This document shows, piece after piece, positions 10,329 through 19,605 of a DNA stretch of 64,000 nt. Below the pieces are notes generated by a model, which ran no database searches, was not told where the DNA came from, and saw only the letters and a list, made by a program, of their open reading frames with translations. Made by a program: the position numbers and the translations under genes. The DNA is from Anaerotignum sp. (GTDB lineage Bacteria > Bacillota > Clostridia > Lachnospirales > Anaerotignaceae), in assembly GCF_040307045.1 (NCBI RefSeq), contig NZ_JAWRKF010000005.1, positions 56,834-120,833 of the forward strand, in the 5' to 3' direction. The first letter of the stretch is position 1. Each line of letters starts with the position of its first letter.

Positions 10329-10465
10329 TATTCCTTTCGGCTACAATTGGGGTATCTTCCCCCTTATTTTAAGAAAAGTGTTGACTATCACCTCATTTAT
10401 ACTTTTGTCCAATTCTTAGGCATTGACTGCGGTCAATGCCTATTACTCTATAAGGAGGCTTTTCT

Positions 10466-10855
10466 ATGTTTGCAGATAAAATTGAAAATTGTAGAAACAA
10501 ATATTCAGAAATTTTAGTTTGCCTCAGTCATAGCTCCGTTGCAAAAGCGGAATGGCTCAAGACAGGTGGAATCCTAGGGCATCTGCTTTCTCCAAGGCAA
10601 GTGGAGTCTTGGCTTATGGTTGGTAATACATCTCTACCAAAAGAAATAGCTTTTGAAGGGAGCTTAGAGGAATTTTTATCCATCTTCCCTAAAAATGAAA
10701 TTGCTCGTAGCAAGGCTATGCTAAATGGCATCTTACAGGGTGCTGTGGTTGAGCATCACAATGAAATTTGGGAATTTTACAGCTGTAACGTGGCCGTTAT
10801 GGGTTGTTGTATGGGTGAATATTTTTCCATTGTAAACCGCAAAGAAATTTTTTAA
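10466..10855 (+). CDS. Hypothetical protein (129 aa)
   Basis: ATG preceded by AAGGAGG at good spacing. I recognise no family. Confidence 0.5.
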   Translation: MFADKIENCRNKYSEILVCLSHSSVAKAEWLKTGGILGHLLSPRQVESWLMVGNTSLPKEIAFEGSLEEFLSIFPKNEIARSKAMLNGILQGAVVEHHNEIWEFYSCNVAVMGCCMGEYFSIVNRKEIF

Positions 10856-11382
10856 ATCAAAAACACGTGTTAAACAGGAGGCGTGTACTGACTTTAGAGA
10901 GGCTTTTTCATGGGACAGAGTCTTAGATCCCCCACCCACTAAAATATCAAATATGGTTTACTGCTGCAGTAAGCATTTCATTCCACTAGCACAGATACTG
11001 CTGTTTTAAATCTAAAGCAATGATAAAGCCCTCATATATTCGGCTGAATATATGAGGGCTTAAAAAGCACTTCTTATATCTTCGTTTGAGCTTTTCCTTT
11101 ACTGGGGTACGTAATTGTAATAGACTACCTCTTACTTTTGATGTAGCCTGTTCAAATCCCCCCATTGGATGTACACAACTTTGCGGCACCAGTCCGTCCC
11201 CTTGCAGTAGCATCAACCATCAAGTTCTCTTAGGCATTATTGCCCCATATGTAGGGCAATAAATTTAGGTCAAAATCAAATCATTCTGAGGTGTTTTCTA
11301 CCCCGTTGAGTTGTGCCTTAGGCTAACAACCCTATATACGAACTCCCAAAAGGCTACTTTTTCTGTTGTAAATCTGATCTAA

Positions 11383-12786
11383 CTAAGCATGAAGTCTTCT
11401 GAATAACAAATATCCCAGTGCCAAATAAACCACCCAGTCTCCAAACTTAACATAGGGCGTTATATTTTCTTGCAAATATACGTCTGCCGTTAATACTCCC
11501 GATGAATATGGGGGATAAGTATCAACCACCCTGCCGTATGGATCTATCACTGACGTAATTCCCGTATTGGCACTTCTTACCAAATACCTGTGACTTTCTA
11601 CCGCTCGCATAATACCATGGGCATGATGCTGATATAGCGCAGGCGTATGCTCAAACCAAGAGTCATTGGAAGAAACAACCAACAAACTTGCCCCATCTTT
11701 TACACTTTGACGCATAATGGGGCTAAATATACTGTCATAACAGATCATAGCACCAACCGTTGCCACCTCTGTTTGAATCAATAAAATTTCCTCACCAAAT
11801 GACAGATTGTTGGTATGCCCAAAGAATCTAGCAAAAGGTGCAAACTCCCCATACGGAACTAGCTTTTGTTTATGATACCTAGTTCCGTTTCTAAGATTAA
11901 CCAAGGAGTTATAAAGCCTTCCGTCCTCTTCCCGAAAAAATCCACCAACTATCATCTCCCCTTGATTTGCACTAGAAAATTCCAGAAGCCTATCCAGCAC
12001 CTCCCCTTTTAGTGTCATGGGAAATGCTGTTTCAGGCAAAATTAATAATTCTCCCCCTTGGACAAGGGCCTCTTCGCATAATGAGAAATATCTCTCCAGT
12101 GTTTCATCTGTGGTGGCTTGCCATTTTCCCATTGAACCAATCCCCCCTTGTATTGCAGAAACACGCAGTGCATTCCTTTGTTCAATGGGATTTTTTAAAA
12201 CCATACTTCCATAAATATAGTTCCCACAGACTATAAATACCGCAATCAAAAGATATTTGGGTTGCCACCCTCGAACCGCCTTTGCCAGTAATACATTTAC
12301 AGCAACAATCATAGCCGTAACACCAACTGCACCAGCCATGGATGCAATTTGAATCAACTCTGGGTTAGGAGTCAATATCACCCCAAGACGCCCCCAAGGA
12401 AAGGAAAGGGGTCCCAAGAAAGAAGGCATCATATCCGCCAGAGTAAATACTGCAATTATTTCTAATATCCCTTTGGGTTTAAAAACATGAAACGGCAACC
12501 AATACAAAAAAGCCATGCTCAGCCCGATCACCACAATGCCCACCGTTAGCCAAATAGGACTTGCCATGGCAGTCAGCCGATATAGCCATAGCATTAAAAT
12601 CACATAATAACTAAATGCAAACAAAGCCACGTTTTTAGCCATTTGTCTTCTCTTTCCCACTACAAAAAGCGGTACCAACGAAACAAAAACAAAAACGGAG
12701 CATTTCTCTCCACTAAAAGCCGCGGCAGTTAAAATACCAGATACGATAGAAACTAAGGAATGCAAAGAATACCCCCTAAACATCAT
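11383..12786 (-). CDS. lnt: Apolipoprotein N-acyltransferase-like protein (N-terminal polytopic membrane domain plus C-N hydrolase domain)
   Basis: Multiple N-terminal TM helices. The nitrilase-type triad context is LILPETAFP (Glu), HKQKLVPYGEF (Lys) and AMICYDSIF (Cys). Confidence 0.7.
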   Translation of the reverse strand: MMFRGYSLHSLVSIVSGILTAAAFSGEKCSVFVFVSLVPLFVVGKRRQMAKNVALFAFSYYVILMLWLYRLTAMASPIWLTVGIVVIGLSMAFLYWLPFHVFKPKGILEIIAVFTLADMMPSFLGPLSFPWGRLGVILTPNPELIQIASMAGAVGVTAMIVAVNVLLAKAVRGWQPKYLLIAVFIVCGNYIYGSMVLKNPIEQRNALRVSAIQGGIGSMGKWQATTDETLERYFSLCEEALVQGGELLILPETAFPMTLKGEVLDRLLEFSSANQGEMIVGGFFREEDGRLYNSLVNLRNGTRYHKQKLVPYGEFAPFARFFGHTNNLSFGEEILLIQTEVATVGAMICYDSIFSPIMRQSVKDGASLLVVSSNDSWFEHTPALYQHHAHGIMRAVESHRYLVRSANTGITSVIDPYGRVVDTYPPYSSGVLTADVYLQENITPYVKFGDWVVYLALGYLLFRRLHA

Positions 12787-12954
12787 TCAGAAATAACTTT
12801 GGTTTCGTTTCATCCAAAGCCAAGAAAAAAACCCATATTTTTCAAGATTAACAGTTTCAATTTTGCAAAACATTACAATAACATAATAGTCCCATTAAAA
12901 AGTTTCACTTAACAACTATTATATCCAATTTTTTCTAAATTCCACGCGCTTTTT

Positions 12955-12984
12955 TTGACACCACCCATGAGAAAGAAGTATAAT
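12955..12984 (+). promoter_or_regulatory. Strong sigma-A-type promoter of the LRR-vWA-AAA operon
   Basis: TTGACA (12955-12960), 18-nt spacer, TATAAT (12979-12984). Confidence 0.55.
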
Positions 12985-13018
12985 GGGACAGAAGATTAAA
13001 ATAGAAAAGGATACAATT

Positions 13019-14200
13019 ATGAAATCAGTAAAACAGGTTATGTTATATTATAAAGATTCTGCTCAGGGCATTACCATTTTAGGTGCAAAAGGCAGAGCAA
13101 GCCAATTAAATATCCCAGAAAGCATCAACGGCAAACCTGTTATAGCCATCTCAGATTACGCTTTTGCTATTTTACAGGAACAGCCCTTAGCAGAGGAGGA
13201 AAGTATGGCAGAACTTTGCTTTTGCCCAGCGCTTGAGGAAAGAACTTCTGCTCTCCCACAAGATCATGGTGATGCTATTACACGTATCATCCTTCCTGAC
13301 ACCATCAGTCACATTGGAAGCCACGCCTTCTCCGGCTGTACCGCCTTGCGTAGTGTGCCTCTACCTGATGCCCTAGAAACAATTGCGCCACATACTTTTT
13401 CAGGCTGTCTTTCCTTGGAATCACTGATGCTCCCCCAAAACACGAAAGTAATTGGCGGGTATGCATTTTACGATTGTCGCTGCTTAAAAGCCCTTCAGCT
13501 TCCCCACGGAGTTCACTCTATTGGCCGCTATGCCTTTTATAATTGCCGTTCAATGGTAAAAATAAATATTCCCCAAAGCGTTGAACATTTGGAAACAGGG
13601 TTGTTTTTGAATTGTGATTGTTTATACGAAATTCATTTCGGACAATGTAAAAACGTATCTGATTTGATTGCAGTTTTAAATCATGAATTGTTGCTAACCA
13701 TAGATTTTCCTGATGCAAGGGTTAAACTTCTGATACCCGATTTTCAGTATGAGTATATCGAAGACACCCCCGCAAGGCAGTTCCACCAAATAAATTATGG
13801 CACTGGCCACTTGTTTCGCCAGTGTATCCGTAATTCGGATATTGACTTCCGTAGATACGATGAATTGTTTTATCTAACCAAAAGGGAAGATGCAGCAGTT
13901 TTGGTATTATTGCTGGCGGTGTATCGCCTTTCCTATCCCTACCGATTACAAGAAAATAGGCGTGAAACTTATCTTACCTATGTACGGGAGCATCTGATTT
14001 TTGCAACGGCCTACTTTTTAGAACAAAATAACTTAGAGGTAATCCGTAAATTCACACAATGGAGTTTGTTTACACAAGAAACCTTACCTCAGATTATTGA
14101 ACTGGCTCAAAAAAAGAAAAAAACCGAAATACTAAGTTTTCTTATGGATTATCAGCATAAAACAGCTACGACTCCAAAGAAAAAAACCTTTGATTTGTAA
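13019..14200 (+). CDS. Leucine-rich repeat protein (BspA/LRR_5 type) with a helical C-terminal domain and no signal peptide
   Basis: Repeats of the form xIGxxAFxxCxxLxxhxLP (ISHIGSHAFSGCTALRSVPLP, TIAPHTFSGCLSLESLMLP, VIGGYAFYDCRCLKALQLP, SIGRYAFYNCRSMVKINIP). The N-terminus is hydrophilic. The track ATG at 12983 sits inside the -10 box, so the ATG at 13019 (after AAAAGGA) is preferred. Confidence 0.8.
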   Translation: MKSVKQVMLYYKDSAQGITILGAKGRASQLNIPESINGKPVIAISDYAFAILQEQPLAEEESMAELCFCPALEERTSALPQDHGDAITRIILPDTISHIGSHAFSGCTALRSVPLPDALETIAPHTFSGCLSLESLMLPQNTKVIGGYAFYDCRCLKALQLPHGVHSIGRYAFYNCRSMVKINIPQSVEHLETGLFLNCDCLYEIHFGQCKNVSDLIAVLNHELLLTIDFPDARVKLLIPDFQYEYIEDTPARQFHQINYGTGHLFRQCIRNSDIDFRRYDELFYLTKREDAAVLVLLLAVYRLSYPYRLQENRRETYLTYVREHLIFATAYFLEQNNLEVIRKFTQWSLFTQETLPQIIELAQKKKKTEILSFLMDYQHKTATTPKKKTFDL

Positions 14201-14211
14201 AGGAGGCAACT

Positions 14212-15603
14212 ATGAACGAAAACCATCAACGGCTGATACAAATCGGCAGTGCAATTTTAAATGCCTCTCGCAACGAATTATATCTTTCCTTGCGATTTTT
14301 AGATATGGCTCTAAGCGGTCTGCGATATGAAATGAATCTTTCCTCCCTTTATGTAGGAACAGACGGGGAAAAAATCTTGTTTAACCCTCGTTATCTTGTT
14401 CAACGCTACCAATCCGATCCCGTGTTGGTCAACCGCCTTTATTTGCATATGCTACTTCATTGTATTTTCCGCCATCCCTTCCATACAGGGAAACGGGATG
14501 AATCCCTTTGGGGCCTGGCTTGTGACATTGCCGTAGAATCTATCATTGACGCTCTGCCGGCAAAGGCCACCCACCTTGTGGTTTCTGACCGTAGAAATGA
14601 AATGTATACTGAGCTAAAAAAAGAGCTAAAGGTACTTTCAGCAGAAGGCATCTACCGAATTTTATCCCAACGTCATATTTCCGAAAAAGAATTTGGAAAA
14701 TTGCAGCTTGAATTTTGGGTGGATGATCATGTTTTTTGGGCACATAAAAAAGAAGACGACCAAAATCAGGATAATGATAACCAAAGCAACGAGGAAAAAC
14801 AGGAAAACCAAGATCAAACAAAACAGAACCAGCAAAAACAAAAAGATATGGAAGAAAAATGGAAACAAATTGGAGGGAAAATGGAAACCAATTTGGAAAC
14901 CTTCTCAAAGGAAATGGGGGAAAATGCTGGCCATTTGCTGCAAATTTTAAAGATAGAAAATAGAGAGAAGTATGACTACCGTCAATTTCTCGAAAAGTTT
15001 GTCACCCTAAAGGAAGACCTCAGGGTAGATGATGATTCTTATGATTATATCTTTTATACCTACGGCTTATCTTTATACGGAAATTTGCCTTTGATTGAAT
15101 CTTTAGAATATAAAGAAGTGAAAAAAATTGAAGAATTGGTCATTGCCATCGACACCTCAGAATCCTGCGAAGGCCAGACAGTAAGTCGTTTTTTAGAAGA
15201 AACCTACGCCATTTTAAAAAGCAGTGAATCCTTTTTTCACAAAGTTAACATTCACATCATTCAAAGTGACGCCAAGGTGCAACAAGATGTCATCATAACC
15301 TCCCAAGAGGAGTTAGAAAAATATATGGAAAACTTTCGCCTTATGGGCAGTGGTGGTACCGATTTTCGCCCTGTGTTCGAATATGTAGACAAGCTTATCC
15401 TAGAAAAATCATTTCAAAATCTAAAAGGCTTGATCTATTTCACCGATGGCTATGGCATATTTCCTCGTCATCGTCCAACCTACGATACAGCCTTTGTATT
15501 TTTTCACGAAGAATATTTGGACTTAAATGTACCCCCTTGGGCAATGAAAGTCGTTCTTGGTCCCGATGACCTCTCTATTTATGATAAGGAGAAAAGAGTA
15601 TGA
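14212..15603 (+). CDS. DUF2201-type protein: N-terminal metallopeptidase-like domain plus C-terminal vWA domain
   Basis: HMLLH at the position of the family HExxH motif. MIDAS-like residues are VIAIDTSES (DxSxS), GSGGTDF and YFTDGYG. A Q/N/K/E-rich linker lies between the two domains. Confidence 0.75.
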   Translation: MNENHQRLIQIGSAILNASRNELYLSLRFLDMALSGLRYEMNLSSLYVGTDGEKILFNPRYLVQRYQSDPVLVNRLYLHMLLHCIFRHPFHTGKRDESLWGLACDIAVESIIDALPAKATHLVVSDRRNEMYTELKKELKVLSAEGIYRILSQRHISEKEFGKLQLEFWVDDHVFWAHKKEDDQNQDNDNQSNEEKQENQDQTKQNQQKQKDMEEKWKQIGGKMETNLETFSKEMGENAGHLLQILKIENREKYDYRQFLEKFVTLKEDLRVDDDSYDYIFYTYGLSLYGNLPLIESLEYKEVKKIEELVIAIDTSESCEGQTVSRFLEETYAILKSSESFFHKVNIHIIQSDAKVQQDVIITSQEELEKYMENFRLMGSGGTDFRPVFEYVDKLILEKSFQNLKGLIYFTDGYGIFPRHRPTYDTAFVFFHEEYLDLNVPPWAMKVVLGPDDLSIYDKEKRV

Positions 15604-17138
15604 ATATAAAACAAGCAAAAGAAGAAATCAAAAGAGCCATAGAGGCTTATCTCATAAAAAATGAATTTGGTGAATACCTAATTCCCCGCGTTCGTCAACG
15701 CCCTGTTTTGCTCATGGGTGCCCCAGGTATTGGCAAAACCGCCATTATGGAACAAGTTGCTAGGGAGTGTGGTGTGGGCCTAGTTTCCTATAGCATTACC
15801 CATCACACGCGCCAAAGTGCCATTGGCCTTCCCTTTATTAGTCATAAGGAGTATGGCGGCAAAGAATATGCTGTTACAGAGTATACCATGAGTGAAATTA
15901 TCGCCTCAGTTTACAACAAAATGGAAGAAACGGGTCTGACTGAGGGGATTTTATTTATTGATGAAATTAACTGTGCCTCGGAAACCTTGGCCCCCGCCAT
16001 GCTTCAGTTCTTGCAAGCAAAAACCTTTGGTGCCCATAGTGTTCCCGAAGGCTGGCTGATTGTTGCAGCGGGCAATCCCCCCGAATATAACAAGAGTGTT
16101 CGAGAATTTGACGTTGTTACCTTGGATCGTGTTAAAAAAATCGATGTGGAGCCTGACTTCCAGGTTTGGAAAGAATATGCCTATAAGCACTCTGTTCATG
16201 GGGCCATTATGTCCTACTTGGAAATAAAGAAAAATAATTTCTATGCCATGGAGACCACCGTGGATGGTAAACGATTTGTGACCGCCAGAGGTTGGGAGGA
16301 TCTCTCCACCATATTAAAGGTTTACGAAACCATGGGCATTGCCATTGATGCCAGCATGATTGCTCAATACTTGCAACATCAAAAAATAGCCCGAGATTTT
16401 GCCAATTATCTAGACCTTTATAATAAATATAAAACAGACTACCATGTGGAGGATATTTTGAAGGGTACCTTCACTCCTCAGGCAGTTTCAAAGCTATCTA
16501 CCGCCTCTTTTGATGAAAAACTTAGTGTGCTTGGGTTACTACTAAGCCGTCTTTCTGATGACTTTAGATTGGCATATGAACGCGATTTATTTACCACCGA
16601 GTTGCATCAGAGCTTATTAGAATTAAAGGATCGTTTCCAAAGCCCTTATTGCAAGGAAACCCCATGGGAAAAACTCATGGAAAGCTTTATAGAGGAAAAA
16701 GAAAACGCCTATCGTCAAGAACAAAAGACGGAACTTTTGGATCAAAGCACAAAGAAAAGCCGCCTTATGACCATAGAAAAACTATTAGCCTTTGAAAATC
16801 AAATCAAAGGCCTAGGCCTTCAAGACAAAGATGAAGTCTTCCAAGAAGTCAAAACCATCTTTTCCAACGAAGTGCAGACCCGCCAAACTATCATTGATAC
16901 CTCCACATATGAATTGGATAATGCCTTCTTGTTTTTAGAGGAAGCCTTTGGTGCTGGTCAAGAAATGGTTATTTTTATCACTGAACTAACCACCAATTTT
17001 TACAGTGTAAAATTTATCAGCGAAAATGGCAGTGAAAAATACTACCAGTATAACAAAGAGCTGTTGTTTGATGAAAAACAGAAAAGCATTCTAAAGGATA
17101 TTGAATCGGCAAAAGCAGAAGGCACCTTGTTGTTCTAA
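15600..17138 (+). CDS. MoxR-class AAA+ ATPase (AAA_5-like) with a long C-terminal extension
   Basis: Walker A GAPGIGKT, Walker B ILFIDEIN, AAGNPPEYN (sensor-1 region) and VTLDRV (Arg finger region). An ATGA overlap with the upstream stop indicates translational coupling. Confidence 0.85.
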   Translation: MNIKQAKEEIKRAIEAYLIKNEFGEYLIPRVRQRPVLLMGAPGIGKTAIMEQVARECGVGLVSYSITHHTRQSAIGLPFISHKEYGGKEYAVTEYTMSEIIASVYNKMEETGLTEGILFIDEINCASETLAPAMLQFLQAKTFGAHSVPEGWLIVAAGNPPEYNKSVREFDVVTLDRVKKIDVEPDFQVWKEYAYKHSVHGAIMSYLEIKKNNFYAMETTVDGKRFVTARGWEDLSTILKVYETMGIAIDASMIAQYLQHQKIARDFANYLDLYNKYKTDYHVEDILKGTFTPQAVSKLSTASFDEKLSVLGLLLSRLSDDFRLAYERDLFTTELHQSLLELKDRFQSPYCKETPWEKLMESFIEEKENAYRQEQKTELLDQSTKKSRLMTIEKLLAFENQIKGLGLQDKDEVFQEVKTIFSNEVQTRQTIIDTSTYELDNAFLFLEEAFGAGQEMVIFITELTTNFYSVKFISENGSEKYYQYNKELLFDEKQKSILKDIESAKAEGTLLF

Positions 17139-17143
17139 ATAAA

Positions 17144-17201
17144 GAAGCAGAAGCAAAAAATGAAGCCAAGGCTGGTTTATAATCGCTTCTGCTTTTTTTT
17201 T
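17144..17201 (+). terminator. Candidate terminator after the AAA+ gene
   Basis: GAAGCAGAAGC (17144-17154) pairs with GCTTCTGCTTT (17185-17195), followed by a T-run. The loop is long at 30 nt. Confidence 0.45.
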
Positions 17202-17262
17202 CTTCATAAATCATCTCAAAAATAGATAATAATTTCCCCTTTACTTCAAAGCTGTATCCCTT

Positions 17263-18042
17263 TTAGAATAACACATCTGACGCCATTTTCAAAAACAGCA
17301 ATACAATCACCACCATTAACATCAATTTGATGGCCTTTGTTCCCCTTTTTATAGCAACACCTGCCCCAATAAAATTGCCAGCAATGCCAAACAGAGCCGC
17401 TGGAATGGCAATGGGCAAGTAAACAGTTCCCTTAATTAAAAATACCACTAACGCCGCATAATTAGATGCTAAATTTAAGCATTTTGCATTTCCCGATGCC
17501 GTGCGCATATCGTATTTCATAATCAGACAAAAAGCCATCAATGCAAACGTTCCTGTCCCAGGGCCAACCAACCCATCATAAAACCCGATAAAGCCACCAA
17601 TTAATAATGCAAAAGCTACTTTTTTCTTATTTGAGAAGGAGTCAGACAGGTTCTCTCCCCCCATATTTTTATTTACAATGGTAATCACCCCTGCTATGGG
17701 CAATATCACCAACATCATTGTTTTCAACGTACTGTCGCTTAAATAAAGTACAACCTTAGCCGCCAATGCCGATGCAAAAAAAGCTCCAACCGCCGCTAAT
17801 ATCCCCACATGAATGTCCAGCATTTTGTGCTTCCAGTAACGCAAAGTTGCAACTGTTGTTCCAAAAGCCGCAGAAAATTTGTTGCAACCGTAAACCAAAT
17901 GCATTGGCATACCCGTCAGCGTATATGCAGGCAAGGAAATTAATCCACCACCCCCAGCAATAGAGTCCAAAAACCCCGCCAAAAAACACGCAATCATTAG
18001 CATAATAAAATTAGGAACGGAAACCATTACTTCTGTGAACAT
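17263..18042 (-). CDS. TauE/SafE (TSUP) family anion exporter
   Basis: Polytopic protein of 259 aa with a family-typical N-terminus (FLDSIAGGGGLISLPAY) and internal duplication. Confidence 0.85.
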   Translation of the reverse strand: MFTEVMVSVPNFIMLMIACFLAGFLDSIAGGGGLISLPAYTLTGMPMHLVYGCNKFSAAFGTTVATLRYWKHKMLDIHVGILAAVGAFFASALAAKVVLYLSDSTLKTMMLVILPIAGVITIVNKNMGGENLSDSFSNKKKVAFALLIGGFIGFYDGLVGPGTGTFALMAFCLIMKYDMRTASGNAKCLNLASNYAALVVFLIKGTVYLPIAIPAALFGIAGNFIGAGVAIKRGTKAIKLMLMVVIVLLFLKMASDVLF

Positions 18043-18181
18043 ACAAACACGCCTTTCTAAACCTCTACCATCAAGTCAAAATATGCCTCATCGTATCATT
18101 TTTCTTCTCTTTTTCAATCATATCCCTTCTTTTACCCCTTTCAACCGGCCTTTATTTTAAAGATTGATTTACATAAAATAA

Positions 18182-18200
18182 GCGTGCATAAACTGCACGC
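18182..18200 (-). terminator. Candidate terminator of the decarboxylase-family gene
   Basis: GCGTGCA/TGCACGC hairpin followed on the minus strand by TTATTTTAT. Confidence 0.45.
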
Positions 18201-18253
18201 CGAAGTTGGAAATCACTTTCAATTTTGATTACATAACAGAACCCACCTGTGTC

Positions 18254-19600
18254 CTATTCCTCTACCACCACGTCAATTTCCTCTATGCCATAAAGAAAAA
18301 ATAGGTCTATCATCTCTTGGGTGATGCGCTCCCCGCTAATAGCAATGGGGATAGCCGGTGGGCAAGAAACAACAGGTGTTGCACAAATCCGCCCCAACGA
18401 CTGCTGTGTCAAAGCACTACATCTCTTGGCAAACATGGCTTGCCGGATAGACATAACCTGCTCCCCTCTGGAAGGCAAAACAGTCCTGGGCGCCTTAACT
18501 CCCTGTGAAATTACTGGCTCTAAGGCATCCTCAGCCAATTCAAAATCCGAGGCCTTATTTTCTGGTGTAAACATAAAGACCAAATGATCTGCATCGGCAA
18601 ATTCTACTTCTATGCCGCTTTTTCTTAAACGCTCTGCCAGATCATGCCCAAGTATACCCATCTTTCCACTTTGAATCACCAGCTTAAGGGGTTCAACATG
18701 GTGTAAGGCATATCCCTTTTTGTGCAATTTTAGGGCAAGCAGGTCTATATCCCTTTGGCACGCAAGAATTCTATCCCCATATCCTTCTGCTAAAGCACGG
18801 TTACACAAATCCAATGATTGTAATATTAAATAGGATGGACTGGTAGACCCGAATAAAGACAATGCTTTCTTTCCGTCTTCTTGAAAAGATTCCAAGGCGC
18901 TTTTACTAACATGAAGGTACCCACCACCAGTTAAAACGGGTAACGTTTTGTGGGCAGAATCGCAACACATATCCGCCCCCAAGTCTAATGGGTGTAAGGA
19001 TGGCTGCAAGAAACGTAGGTATGCCCCATGGGCATTATCCACCAAAAGAGGAACGCCATATTTCTTACATACCTCAGAAAGCCCCATAATATCCGCCATT
19101 CCCCCTAAATAATCAGGAGAGGTAATATAAAAGGCAAAGGGCAAAATCTCTAGAGAACCCAAAATCTCATCAAGCTGTTTTGGCAATATAGGGCAAGCGC
19201 AAAGGGTGGTTTCTTGTTGTGGATAAACCCATTGGACATTTAAATCCAACAACGCACAAGCATGCAAAAAGGCCTTATGGGCGTTTCTAGCGGCCAAAAT
19301 TTTTTGTTTATCCTGCCTTTTTTTGCTATGAAGCATAGCTAAGTACACCATAGCACCAATACTTTGGGATGAGCCACCTGTAGTATAAAAGGTTCTTCTA
19401 GAACCAAACAACTGGGTTGCATTATCCTCACTTTGCTTTATAATCCCCTGGGGATGGTAAAGATCATCTGCACCTTTGATTTCAGTAATGTCAAATAGTT
19501 CACACCCCAAAAAGGGTCTGCCCTTATGCCCCGGCATATGCAGGCGAACAGCGCCCTTTTTTTGGTATTCTTTTACAAAATCATAAATAGGCGTATCCAT
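18254..19600 (-). CDS. Orn/Lys/Arg decarboxylase-family PLP enzyme (YaaO/SpeA-like)
   Basis: Motifs HMPGHKGR, VDNAHGAY and DSAHKTLP (PLP lysine). The ATG at 19600 lies 5 nt after the maturase stop and is preceded by GAGG. The track N-terminal extension overlaps the upstream gene. Confidence 0.8.
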   Translation of the reverse strand: MDTPIYDFVKEYQKKGAVRLHMPGHKGRPFLGCELFDITEIKGADDLYHPQGIIKQSEDNATQLFGSRRTFYTTGGSSQSIGAMVYLAMLHSKKRQDKQKILAARNAHKAFLHACALLDLNVQWVYPQQETTLCACPILPKQLDEILGSLEILPFAFYITSPDYLGGMADIMGLSEVCKKYGVPLLVDNAHGAYLRFLQPSLHPLDLGADMCCDSAHKTLPVLTGGGYLHVSKSALESFQEDGKKALSLFGSTSPSYLILQSLDLCNRALAEGYGDRILACQRDIDLLALKLHKKGYALHHVEPLKLVIQSGKMGILGHDLAERLRKSGIEVEFADADHLVFMFTPENKASDFELAEDALEPVISQGVKAPRTVLPSRGEQVMSIRQAMFAKRCSALTQQSLGRICATPVVSCPPAIPIAISGERITQEMIDLFFLYGIEEIDVVVEE

Positions 19601-19605
19601 GGCTC

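Noticed and set aside
10417-10442. Perfect 11-bp hairpin TAGGCATTGAC-tgcg-GTCAATGCCTA after potD
   Set aside because: It has no U-tract on either side, so I did not call it a terminator. It may be a weak terminator or a protein-binding palindrome, but nothing else supports a specific role.
11140-11175. tRNA-like GTTCAAATCC T-loop motif
   Set aside because: The flanking bases cannot form a T-stem or an acceptor stem, and no cloverleaf can be drawn.
12983-13018. Track start codon (ATG at 12983) of the LRR gene
   Set aside because: This ATG sits inside the TATAAT -10 hexamer of the best promoter, so it would not be transcribed. The ATG at 13019 has an RBS.
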